DNA of 64,000 nucleotides, from contig CP070643.1 in NCBI GenBank assembly GCA_020354125.1, positions 3,588,934-3,652,933 of the forward strand. The letters run 5' to 3'. Source of the DNA: Betaproteobacteria bacterium (GTDB lineage: Bacteria > Pseudomonadota > Gammaproteobacteria > Burkholderiales > Eutrophovitaceae). Below the pieces are notes generated by a model. That model made no database searches. It saw only the letters and a program-made list of their open reading frames with translations, and had not been told where the DNA came from. Each line of letters starts with the position of its first letter. The first letter of the stretch is position 1. Shown piece after piece: positions 21,801-30,523 of the stretch. Both the position numbers and the translations under genes were made by a program.

Positions 21801-24528
21801 GTTTGCGCAACGAACGAAGCAGCTTGGCAATATCGTCGAAATGCAAACCGGTGGTGGGCTCATCGAACAGAAACAAGGTGCCGGTCTTTGCGACACCGTG
21901 CACCCGCGCCAGATGCCCGGCCAGCTTGAGCCGTTGCGCCTCGCCACCGGAAAGGGTCGGAACCGGTTGTCCCAGCCGCAAATAATCAAGCCCAACGTCG
22001 GCCAGCGGCTGCAAATGCCGCACTACTTCCGTTGATTCCGAAAAATACTTGGTGGCCTCCGATACCGTCATCTCAAGGACTTCCGCGATGTTGCGCTCAG
22101 CTTTGCCATCGGGTGCGATGGTCACTTCCAGTACTTCGGGACGAAAACGCTTGCCGTCACAGTCGGGACAGCGCAGATACACGTCGGACAAAAATTGCAT
22201 TTCGACATGCTCGAAACCATTGCCGCCACATGTCGGGCAGCGTCCGTCGCCTGAGTTAAAGCTGAACATGCCGGGTTTGTAGCCGCGCTCGCGTGCAATC
22301 GGCGTCTTGGAGAAAAGATCGCGAATCGCATCGAAGGCGCCGACATAGCTGGCAGGGTTAGAGCGGGTAGTACGCCCGATCGGCGTCTGATCGACCATCA
22401 CCACATCGGATATCAACTCGTGTCCGCGCAGCGCCGTGTGAAGACCGGGCGTCTCGGTCGGCTTGCCTTTGTGTTTGAGCATCGCCGCGTACAAGACATC
22501 CTGAACCAATGTCGACTTGCCCGAGCCCGACACGCCAGTGACACACACCAGGCGGTTGAGCGGAATTGCGACGTCGACACTTTTGAGGTTGTTCTGCGAA
22601 GCGCCCTCGATCTGCAGCGTTGCTAGCGATGCATCAACCGGTAGTCGCGAAAGCTCAGCGTCCGTCTTGCGCCGGCCGTACAGATAATCTCCAGTCAGCG
22701 ACGTTGCATCAACGAGTCGTGCCGGCCGATCGAAGAACACGATTCGTCCGCCATCTTCCCCGGGCCCGGGCCCCATGTCGATCAGGCGGTCGGCAGCAAA
22801 CATGATCTGCGGATCGTGTTCGACAACAACCAATGAATTGCCGGCATTGCGCAGACTGCACATTACGTCGATGACACGACCCATGTCACGTGGATGCAAC
22901 CCGATCGACGGCTCGTCGAGCACGAACAGCGTATCGGTCAACGAAGTACCCAGCGCTGTGGTGAGATTGATTCGCTGTACCTCGCCACCCGACAAGGTGC
23001 GTGATTGCCGGTCCAGCGTGAGATAGCCGAGCCCGACTTGTTGCAAATAGTTCAACCGAGAACGGATTTCGCGCAGCAGCAAATCTGTCGCTTCGTCCGC
23101 TGCAGCACCGGCGTGCGATTCCAGTACTGCGCCATGAAACGCGTCAAAAAACGACTTACAGCGGTCGATTGGCAACAGCATCAGATCGTGCAGAGTCAAA
23201 CCGTTGGCTTCGCGGAGTTGCTGCTGCGACCACCCGACCCCAGGCGGCTTGTACCGCAACTGCGGCTCGAGTACCGCGTCAGCAGTCGCTTTGTCACCTA
23301 CTCGCCACAACAACGCCTCATGCTTGAGACGCGAACCCTCGCACACGGTGCACGGCGTATAAGCGCGGTACTTGGACAGCAACACCCGGATATGCATCTT
23401 GTAGGCTTTGCTTTCCAACCAGGCGAAGAAATGCCGCACGCCATACCAGGTGCCGGGCCAGGATTTGCGCCAACTGACCCATTCCGGCTCGCCTTCCAGA
23501 ACCCATTGGCGTTGTGCTTCAGTCAGTTCGCGCCAAGATGTGTCGAGAGGAATGCCGCGCTTGCCGGCGTAGTTTTCCAGATCGTCCTGGCACTCGCGAA
23601 AACTCTTGGTCTGCCACGGTTTGACGGCGCCCTCGCGCAAGGTCCTCGATTCATCCGGCACAATCAGTCCGAAGTCGATGCCGATGACACGTCCAAAGCC
23701 GCGACAGGTTTCGCAAGCACCGACCGGCGAGTTGAAGGAGAACATTCCCTGACTCGGTTCGCGGTAATGGATGTCGCAGTCGGCACAATGCAGGTCGTCG
23801 CTGAACTTCCAGGTGCGCGCCGGCTCGCCTTGCTCGTCAACAGCATGCACCTGAATCCGCCCATGTCCGACGTTGAGTGCGGATTCGAGCGCCTCGATGA
23901 CGCGCTCACGCTCGGCGGAAGAGAAGCGGAAGCGGTCCTGAACGACTTCAAGCGTGCTTTTCGTCTTCGTGAAAATGCGGGTATAACCCTGCGCCTCCAA
24001 GAGTTGCAGCACTTCTTCTTCCGAGAAATTCTTCGGGACGTCTACAGAGAAAGTCATGATCAGGCGCGGATCATCGTTCTGTTCGGCGCGCAGCTTCAAC
24101 TCGTGATATATCGAGTCGGGTCTATCCCGGCGTACCGGCCTCGAGCACTGCTGGCAGTACAAGTGTGACACTCTGGCAAACAACAGCTTGAGGTGGTCTG
24201 CCAGTTCGGTCATGGTGCCCACCGTTGAACGAGACGTGCGCACCGGATTGGTCTGATCAATGGCGATCGCCGGTGGCACTCCTTCGATGCGGTCGACCTG
24301 CGGCCGGTCCATGCGATCGAGAAACTGTCGCGCATAAGGCGAAAAAGTCTCGACATAGCGCCGTTGCCCTTCGGCATACAGAGTATCGAACACCAACGAT
24401 GACTTGCCCGACCCGGAAACGCCCGTCACGACCAGCAATTCACCGAGTGGAAGATCGATATCGAGGTTCTTCAGACTGTTCTGGCGCGCGCCGCGGATGC
24501 GGATCGCTGTTTTCGTATTGTTCTTCAT
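18847..24528 (-). CDS. uvrA: Tandem-duplicated UvrA-family ABC ATPase (two UvrA-like units fused, four nucleotide-binding sites)
   Basis: 1893-aa ORF. Four Walker A motifs (GVSGSGKSS/T). Four signature motifs (LSGGE[VA]QR). Four Walker B motifs (L/FDEP[ST]xGLH). Four H-loops (EHD/EHN). Cys4 zinc modules in both halves. Confidence 0.9.
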   Translation of the reverse strand: MKNNTKTAIRIRGARQNSLKNLDIDLPLGELLVVTGVSGSGKSSLVFDTLYAEGQRRYVETFSPYARQFLDRMDRPQVDRIEGVPPAIAIDQTNPVRTSRSTVGTMTELADHLKLLFARVSHLYCQQCSRPVRRDRPDSIYHELKLRAEQNDDPRLIMTFSVDVPKNFSEEEVLQLLEAQGYTRIFTKTKSTLEVVQDRFRFSSAERERVIEALESALNVGHGRIQVHAVDEQGEPARTWKFSDDLHCADCDIHYREPSQGMFSFNSPVGACETCRGFGRVIGIDFGLIVPDESRTLREGAVKPWQTKSFRECQDDLENYAGKRGIPLDTSWRELTEAQRQWVLEGEPEWVSWRKSWPGTWYGVRHFFAWLESKAYKMHIRVLLSKYRAYTPCTVCEGSRLKHEALLWRVGDKATADAVLEPQLRYKPPGVGWSQQQLREANGLTLHDLMLLPIDRCKSFFDAFHGAVLESHAGAAADEATDLLLREIRSRLNYLQQVGLGYLTLDRQSRTLSGGEVQRINLTTALGTSLTDTLFVLDEPSIGLHPRDMGRVIDVMCSLRNAGNSLVVVEHDPQIMFAADRLIDMGPGPGEDGGRIVFFDRPARLVDATSLTGDYLYGRRKTDAELSRLPVDASLATLQIEGASQNNLKSVDVAIPLNRLVCVTGVSGSGKSTLVQDVLYAAMLKHKGKPTETPGLHTALRGHELISDVVMVDQTPIGRTTRSNPASYVGAFDAIRDLFSKTPIARERGYKPGMFSFNSGDGRCPTCGGNGFEHVEMQFLSDVYLRCPDCDGKRFRPEVLEVTIAPDGKAERNIAEVLEMTVSEATKYFSESTEVVRHLQPLADVGLDYLRLGQPVPTLSGGEAQRLKLAGHLARVHGVAKTGTLFLFDEPTTGLHFDDIAKLLRSLRKLVEAGHSLVIIEHNLDVMAAADWIIDLGPEGGEAGGAVVCVGTPDAVKQHVASHTGRALIEYERQLEELTQSSTQVNQDRAPLPLDEFIRIRNAREHNLQNLDVALPRKQFTVITGVSGSGKSTLAFDIVFGEGQRRYLESLNAYARQFVQVASRPDVDAIHGIPPTVAIEQRTSRGGRKSTVGTLTEIHHFLRLLFVKLGTQYCPDCEVAIEPQSEEAIAARILRDYRGQHIGFLAPLVTNRKGVYTDLARWAQKRGFEFLRVDGEYLPTRPFPRIDRFREHMIELPVADVRVSAADEATLRAALRSALDYGKGVVHVIAPLEQLMSGGPMTQKVYSTKRACPSCGNSFPELDPRLFSYNSRHGWCPACYGTGLRIADIDWDEQRANSGTEDHVLDSWIDWLEVDETCAECHGSRLNATALAVRWSGESISEYGAQPVADLMRLFEQVRLHGREQDIARDLVAELRSRLGFLCEVGLGYLTLDRSAPSLSGGEAQRIRLAAQLGSNLRGVCYILDEPTIGLHPRDNHVLLNTLRKLERKGNTLLVVEHDEDTIRSADHLVDLGPGAGHLGGRLIAEGSPGQLMACADSVTGRFLRQPLMHPLQQRREVTASTPSLRVRKARLHNLRGVNARFPLGRLAVVTGVSGSGKSTLARDVLHDNMAKLVGDRRTRKRGVELAGCDELAGWEAVTRVLEVDQTPIGKTPRSCPATYVGFWDAIRKLFAGTQDSRIRGFDPARFSFNTPKGRCSGCDGQGVRKIEMSFLPDVKVTCEVCNGARFDQETLSVKYKGKSIGEVLAMSVDEATGFFAAHNSIHHALQLLQDVGLGYLTLGQQSPTLSGGEAQRIKLVTELAKVRPTDQARRVSRSGKVADSQHTLYVLDEPTVGLHMADVEKLIRVLHRLVDANNTAVVIEHNLDVMANADWIVDLGPEGGAGGGSVVVQGSPAEVAASGDSHTGRVLKEFLAHRTRAAGRPTVVAETSAHVV

Positions 24529-24642
24529 CGATTCTTCTGAAATAGGTTCCTAACCAAGTTCCACACGGTTGATTTTCCGCACCAGCCAATCACCGAGCTG
24601 CCAATCGGGAAAAGCCGGCCTCGTCGCTGCGTCCGCAACACA

Positions 24643-25875
24643 TTATGCGGAAACACCAAACGTGCTAAGCGTCTGAAAAACGAGCAGCAAGACAGCGAGC
24701 AGCATCCCACCATAGGGCACCCATAGCGGATAGACACGAATGCCTGCCGGCGCCTGCTGAATTTGCTTGATTCGGATCAATGAAAGATTGACCAGCACAA
24801 AAACCAACAGGATGGCGAAACTCGTCAGCTTTGCCAGTGTGACCAATGGCAGCCAGAGCGCGAACAACAAAACACCGATCGTGATTGTTACAGTCGCGAC
24901 TACCGGTGTGCGGGTGCGCTCACTGACTTTTCCCAATGACCTGAATAGCCAGCCTGCACGCCCCATTCCGTACAACATACGTGAGGCCATGATCATCTGA
25001 ATCAAGGCACCGTTGATGACGGCAAACAGACTGATCAGGGCGATGACCGTCGGCCGTGTTCCCGTGGCATGCTCAAACAGCAGCGCAAGCGGTGCGTCGC
25101 TTTGCAACAGGGCCGAAACCGGCAACGCCAGCACCGCCACGGTGACAACCAGAAAGTACAGCACGGTCGAAGCGACCAGTGCCAGGATGATGGCTCGCGG
25201 CATGGTGCGTTGCGGGTCCTTGACCTCCTCAGACACGTTGACCATGTCTTCAAACCCAATAAAAGCATAGAAGGCGAGAAACGCTCCCATCGCAATGCCC
25301 CACCAGGCGTTAGACTTCAACGGAGGAATCAGTTCCGGGAGCCGCTCAGGCAAGTCAGCAAAACTGCTCCCCGAAACGGCAATGATCAGTATCAGCCCGG
25401 CGATTTCGATGATGGTTGCCACAGCGGCTACCGACACCGACTCGAGTATTCCCCAGAACGCCAATACCCCCAGAACGAGAACCACGACGCAGATCACCAG
25501 GATTTCAGGAAGTTCGAAAAAGACCCCGAGATAACCGACAAAGCCGTTGGCCAGGGTGGCTGATGACACCAGGCCCGAGAACACAATAAGCAATCCCACC
25601 AGCGTCGAAAGCTCGCGACGCCCCAGACCTTCCTGCACGTAGACTGCCTCGGCACCGGAAAGGGGATGACGGGCGGACAACTCGGCATAGGTGAACGCCG
25701 TAAACGAGGCGACAAGAGCGGCAACCAGGAACGCGAGCGGCGCGTACATGCCGGCTGCGCCAGCAACTTCGCCGACCAGAACATAGATTCCGGCGCCGAG
25801 GATTGTGCCAAGCCCGTAAAAAGTGACCAGCGGCAGCGACAACGCGCGACGCAGTCCGACTTGCTGTGAGTTCAT
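24643..25875 (-). CDS. APC-superfamily amino acid permease
   Basis: 410-aa ORF with about 11-12 hydrophobic helices. N-terminal LSLPLVTFYGLGTILGAGIYVL is typical of amino acid/polyamine transporters. Confidence 0.8.
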   Translation of the reverse strand: MNSQQVGLRRALSLPLVTFYGLGTILGAGIYVLVGEVAGAAGMYAPLAFLVAALVASFTAFTYAELSARHPLSGAEAVYVQEGLGRRELSTLVGLLIVFSGLVSSATLANGFVGYLGVFFELPEILVICVVVLVLGVLAFWGILESVSVAAVATIIEIAGLILIIAVSGSSFADLPERLPELIPPLKSNAWWGIAMGAFLAFYAFIGFEDMVNVSEEVKDPQRTMPRAIILALVASTVLYFLVVTVAVLALPVSALLQSDAPLALLFEHATGTRPTVIALISLFAVINGALIQMIMASRMLYGMGRAGWLFRSLGKVSERTRTPVVATVTITIGVLLFALWLPLVTLAKLTSFAILLVFVLVNLSLIRIKQIQQAPAGIRVYPLWVPYGGMLLAVLLLVFQTLSTFGVSA

Positions 25876-26009
25876 GTCCTCTCCCCCAACCGGCCTCGTC
25901 TTTTGCCTGAACTTCCAGAAAATACCGCGTGCCGGTGCGATGCAGATTCTACGGCAATCCTTTTGCTAGACTGTGATGATCCGGGAAATGGCCGGCAGGA
26001 GACAACGCG

Positions 26010-26627
26010 ATGATCGATTTGTATTTCGCACCAACCGGCAACGGTTTGCGTGCAACAGTGGCGCTGGAGGAAGCCGGCCTGCCATACCAGATTCACAGAC
26101 TCGATTTGTACAAGGGCGAGCAACACAGCCCCGGGTTCCTCAAGATCAACCCGGCCGGATTGATCCCGGTCATTGTTGATCCGGATGGCCCGGGCGGCAA
26201 ACCGCTGATACTGAACCAGTCGGGAGCCATCGTATTGTACTGCGCAGAGAAATCAGGCCGCTTCATCCCCGCCGACGCCGCTACTCGCGCGCTGGCCATG
26301 CAGTACTTCGTGCAGGCAGCAAGCGACATTTCCGGCGCCAGCATGACGATCTTCCGGCTCGAAGTGACTGCCCCGGAGAAATCGACGGCAAATGTCGACT
26401 ACTTCAAGAAACGGCTCAAGGATGCCTTTCTGGTTTGTGAACAGGCACTGCAAGGCAACGAATACCTTGTCGGCGAGCTTTCCGTTGCCGATCTGATGCT
26501 CTACCCGTCTTTTGCACTGCGTCGCTCGCTGGTCGAGGATGATGAGGCCTACTCAAACTTACACAGATGGGCAGACAATATGGCTTCACGCCCGTCAGTC
26601 CAGCGCGGCATGGCGTATGCCGGCTGA
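26010..26627 (+). CDS. Glutathione S-transferase family protein
   Basis: 205-aa ORF with an N-terminal thioredoxin-like GST fold (INPAGLIPVIVD) and a helical C-domain. Confidence 0.85.
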   Translation: MIDLYFAPTGNGLRATVALEEAGLPYQIHRLDLYKGEQHSPGFLKINPAGLIPVIVDPDGPGGKPLILNQSGAIVLYCAEKSGRFIPADAATRALAMQYFVQAASDISGASMTIFRLEVTAPEKSTANVDYFKKRLKDAFLVCEQALQGNEYLVGELSVADLMLYPSFALRRSLVEDDEAYSNLHRWADNMASRPSVQRGMAYAG

Positions 26628-26809
26628 TCAAACTGGCGCATGCCGATTGAAAAAACTGGCGTACGCCACTGACTAAACCGGCACACGAGGACTGATCGAA
26701 AGCTGTGCCGATAGGCGATTACAGCGATTAAATAGTGGCTTGCAGAATGAACATGATATCCATCAACCAGGCAGCAGCGGACAGTACTGACCGCTAAACA
26801 CCATCGGCT

Positions 26810-27295
26810 ATGGCGAATCCCTTTCGAAAGCTGGTTGACGCACTCAGCAATGGCCTGCAAAAGATGGCTAACGGCGAGACGCCCGAAGAGCGTGTCTCCA
26901 GAGAGACGCAGCAAGTCCAACAATCGGTTGCGACGCTGCTCTATGAGACGGCTCGTGTCGATCACGAAGTCAAGGACGAGGACCTGCGCGTTGCCGAAGA
27001 CTGCCTGCGCGAACTGTTTGCGATGTCTGCAGAACAGGCACGCGCCCTGCTGATGCACGCGGCACAGCTTCGCCACCGGCCTACGTCCTACCACCCTCTG
27101 TGCAAGGTCATCAACGAGTACTTCAGTGCCGACGAAAAGCGTCGTCTGGTGGAATACATGTGGCGCGTCGCACATGCCGACCGGGAAGTCGACATGTATG
27201 AGGATCATCTGGTGCGAAAAATAGCTGACCTGCTGTATGTTCCGCACCGCGAGTTCATCTCGGCGAAACACCGCGCGCGCGGAAAATCGGGTTAG
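26810..27295 (+). CDS. TerB-family (tellurite-resistance TerB-like) protein
   Basis: 161-aa ORF. The pattern LLYETARVDHEVKDEDL...EKRRLVEYMWRVAHADREVDMYEDHLVRKIADLL matches the TerB/DjlA N-domain repeat. The longer antisense ORF was rejected. Confidence 0.7.
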   Translation: MANPFRKLVDALSNGLQKMANGETPEERVSRETQQVQQSVATLLYETARVDHEVKDEDLRVAEDCLRELFAMSAEQARALLMHAAQLRHRPTSYHPLCKVINEYFSADEKRRLVEYMWRVAHADREVDMYEDHLVRKIADLLYVPHREFISAKHRARGKSG

Positions 27296-27863
27296 ATAAA
27301 TCACCGCACAACGGCCAGGTTTCGATGAGTTACTGAATAGCGGCCCAGATTGCCGGCATCGGCATCCTGGCTATTCACTGCCGATGGCTCGACTGGCGGT
27401 TGAAACTTCCAGCGATCGTATTCCGGCTTAGCGCAGGCCTGATAGCCATCCCGCTATTCGCGGTCGGCCCGCAATGCGATGTCCACGCCTTCACCATCGC
27501 CAGAAGCCCCACACCTATACAGGGCTGGAACCTGATCGCGATCTCTACAATGTTTGCCAAGGACCCGGGGGGGCGCGAATAACGGTCCCAACAACGGCAG
27601 TTAAGCTACCCGAGTTCGTCACCATTTTCTTGCCTCGGTCTCGATACCCGGCGTTGACTCAAGGACTTGTCGAGGCCGCGCGGCTGGCCAACTTCTTGCG
27701 TTTTTTTCCCTTCGGACAGCGCCACAGAATCCTCGCACCGTCGCCAGCGAGCGACAACTCCGGGACTCTGCGTGGCTGGTCCAGATGTCCCTGAAATGTC
27801 ACACAGAACACTCGAACAATATCGATCTCCTTCTCGGCGATTTCATGTACCAGAGCTGACACC

Positions 27864-28427
27864 GTGACCACTGAATCCCGCATCGAATTACTGCAACATC
27901 CAGTCGTACGGCTCCTAATTACCGACACGCTCGACGACGCACGCGCTCTGTTGCAGCGTTTTCAGGAAGTCGACTCGTTTAACGCCTACGTGCATGAGCG
28001 CATGCCAGTGGTCCTGATTGCGATGCTGATCATGTTCTTTATCAGCCTCGGCTGTGTCATGGGCATCGTCACGTTGCTGCCTGACATGCACTGGGTGTTC
28101 GTGCTTCCGATGCTACTGCTGTTGCCGATCGTGCTGGCCGGCAGCCTTTTTGTCCAGGTTTACGTTTTCTTGTCATGGATCGAGGGACGTTCAATGGAGC
28201 GCGCTCTCGCGCCCCGCCATAAAGCACCACGCGGCGCAATCACTACCTGGATTCGCACCAAGCTAAACCTGGATCTTGGACCGTTTCCATCAGTGCCATG
28301 GCTGCCTGCGGCAATCTTCTATTTGGCACCTCTATTAATGCTCGCATCTTCATGGCGCAACGCGGCGGTAGCCTTCATCATGCTCGGTATCTTGATGCCG
28401 ATTGCGTACGCCTTGCTGGATCGCTGA
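27864..28427 (+). CDS. Hypothetical integral membrane protein
   Basis: 187-aa ORF with four hydrophobic helices. No family recognised. Confidence 0.5.
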   Translation: MTTESRIELLQHPVVRLLITDTLDDARALLQRFQEVDSFNAYVHERMPVVLIAMLIMFFISLGCVMGIVTLLPDMHWVFVLPMLLLLPIVLAGSLFVQVYVFLSWIEGRSMERALAPRHKAPRGAITTWIRTKLNLDLGPFPSVPWLPAAIFYLAPLLMLASSWRNAAVAFIMLGILMPIAYALLDR

Positions 28428-28507
28428 ACACCCACAACGCCGCATTGCGGCAGTCGAGCCATAACAAGCCGAAAAGCTGTGAGGTCGATTCCCTGCCCGC
28501 AACTCGC

Positions 28508-29101
28508 TCAGACGATGTGCTTGATCCAGAACACCATTGGTTTTGGCGACTGCGATGACTCGTCATGGTCTCGCCATGTGAACGTCGTATTCAGCTCGGG
28601 ATGCTTCTCATATCCGCGCTTGACCCAGAATTCATCAAGCGGCCGGTAATCGCGCGGCCGGCGTGGATGATCCCCCAGCCGCTGGACCGCGCAGAATGTT
28701 GTCAGCCTGAACCGACTGAGGGATCGTGCGTGGGCTTCACGCTCGACGAAGAAGCGCACCCCCAGGCCCCGGCCGCGATAGTCGCGCTCGAGCACCGATT
28801 CACCAAAATAGAAGACCCGTTCAGGATCGTAACCGCTCTCAATGAACGGGCGTTTCACCTCGTCGGTTTCTACTGACATCGGTACGCCGGTCGAAGCGCC
28901 GATGACACGGTCACGGTCAAACGCGATCGCAATCACGCTCTCGGGCACGTTCAGATAAGTCCGGAGATAGCTTTGCTCGTAGTCGGCACTGCCGTCGTAG
29001 AGATAAGGAAATTCACGGAAAACCTCGATGCGCAGTCTCGCAAGTTCGTGGATGAACGGTTCAGCCGCCTTCCCGGTAAAACGGTTAACTGTGATGCTCA
29101 T
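28508..29101 (-). CDS. GNAT-family N-acetyltransferase
   Basis: The acetyl-CoA motif region RDYRGRGLGVRFF is present. The likely start is MSITV at ATG 29101, although the ORF extends to 29161. Confidence 0.75.
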   Translation of the reverse strand: MSITVNRFTGKAAEPFIHELARLRIEVFREFPYLYDGSADYEQSYLRTYLNVPESVIAIAFDRDRVIGASTGVPMSVETDEVKRPFIESGYDPERVFYFGESVLERDYRGRGLGVRFFVEREAHARSLSRFRLTTFCAVQRLGDHPRRPRDYRPLDEFWVKRGYEKHPELNTTFTWRDHDESSQSPKPMVFWIKHIV

Positions 29102-29353
29102 GTGACGCACCTGATGTGTGTTCGCTCTGCTTCGTGATTCACTGGTTAGCATGGCGGGCACATCGTCGTGCCCCGTTCAGGAGAGTGCAAGCCTACCTGT
29201 TTCCTGCTCCGCTAACGAGGCACAGTCGCCAAGGGGGACTCGTCCCCCGGAAACTCGCGGACCCCGGGAAGGTCAGAACATGGTATTGATGAGTTAACGC
29301 TAAAATAGGCTTTTATCTCCAACCGTAGTTCCCCATCCTAATTCACTGGCCAT

Positions 29354-30517
29354 ATGCAAAAGAATCTTATCCCGTGCCTTTGTTTGGTGTCAGCGCTGTA
29401 CGCGCCCGCCGGGCAAGCGGCAGACGAAGCCCAGCAGTGCCTAACCAATGGACAATGGGCAATACCAGCTGATCAAGGCGCACGCCCGGCTTCAACGAGC
29501 CGCGTCCTGGCGCGCGCACGTAACGCCGATTTCGTGCTGCTCGGCGAGGCCCACGACAACCCGGATCACCACCTGTGGCAACTACAAACGCTTGGCATGC
29601 TGCTCGGTTCGCGTAATGGTCTGGTCATCGGTATGGAGATGTTTCCACGGCGTGTTCAACCGGCGCTCGACCGGTGGGTTGCCGGCGAACTGACAGAATC
29701 CGAACTCCTGAAGCAATCGGAATGGGAACGCGTATGGCGCTTCGATCCAGCGCTTTATCTTCCGATACTGCGGTTCGCCCGTCTTAACCGTATTCCTGTG
29801 ATAGCGCTCAACGTGGAACGCCAACTTATCTCCGACATTGGCAAAAGCGGGCTGAGTGCAATCGAACAGGCACGGCGTGAAGGCGTCTCCGATCCGGAAC
29901 CCGCTTCTGACGACTATCGCCGGATATTGAGATCATGGTTCGAAAAGCATGACATGAGCTACGAAGCGAGCTTCGAGAATTTTGTTGAAGGACAACTGGT
30001 TTGGGATCGTGCGTTCGCCCAAGCATTGTCCGAGGCGCATACGACGCACCCGTCGGCTCTAGTGGTCGGAATCATTGGCAGCGGCCACCTTCAGTATGGA
30101 CATGGCGTTCCACATCAACTGCAATCACTCGGGCATGACAATGTGGCCGTATGGCTCCCCGGTCCCGCTTCCCGGCCTTGCGACGAACTCGCCAATATTG
30201 CTGACGCAGTATTTCTGGTCGAAGACAGCGAGCGCCCCCCACCACCACTAAGGCTGGGCGTCTTTTTACGAGACGACGAGGGCGGAACGACAATTCGCGA
30301 AGTTCTGCCCGGCAGCGTGGCAGACGAGGCCGGGCTGGCTTCGGGTGACCGAATCATGTCCGCTGCCGGCATCGAGGTGCGCGCGAGCGACGATGTCATC
30401 GCACTGGTACGTCGCCAGTCGCCGGGCACATGGCTGCCGATGACAGTCGCGCGCAATGGAGAAACAATCGACGTCGTCGCTAAATTTCCGGCGCAGGTTC
30501 CGGCTGCCGCCCAATAA
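29354..30517 (+). CDS. Secreted ChaN/Tiki-superfamily protein with C-terminal PDZ domain
   Basis: 387-aa ORF with a signal peptide. FVLLGEAHDNPDHH (GxxH) motif of the ChaN-like family. C-terminal PDZ-like segment (GVFLRDDEGGTTIREVLPGSVADEAGLASGDRIMSAAG). Confidence 0.7.
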   Translation: MQKNLIPCLCLVSALYAPAGQAADEAQQCLTNGQWAIPADQGARPASTSRVLARARNADFVLLGEAHDNPDHHLWQLQTLGMLLGSRNGLVIGMEMFPRRVQPALDRWVAGELTESELLKQSEWERVWRFDPALYLPILRFARLNRIPVIALNVERQLISDIGKSGLSAIEQARREGVSDPEPASDDYRRILRSWFEKHDMSYEASFENFVEGQLVWDRAFAQALSEAHTTHPSALVVGIIGSGHLQYGHGVPHQLQSLGHDNVAVWLPGPASRPCDELANIADAVFLVEDSERPPPPLRLGVFLRDDEGGTTIREVLPGSVADEAGLASGDRIMSAAGIEVRASDDVIALVRRQSPGTWLPMTVARNGETIDVVAKFPAQVPAAAQ

Positions 30518-30523
30518 GTCTTC

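Noticed and set aside
23005-24168. 387-aa plus-strand ORF antisense to the UvrA-like gene
   Set aside because: It lies entirely inside a gene with unambiguous ABC/UvrA motifs on the other strand. Its composition is shadow-like and no motif is recognisable.
26549-27304. 251-aa minus-strand ORF, longer than the TerB-like gene it overlaps
   Set aside because: The plus-strand frame gives a recognisable TerB-family pattern. The antisense translation is Arg/Leu/Val/His-rich with no motif, as expected for a shadow ORF in GC-rich DNA.
27305-27863. 560-nt stretch with only short overlapping ORFs on both strands
   Set aside because: No motif, repeat, hairpin or RNA signature is recognisable. It is left unannotated rather than forced into a call.
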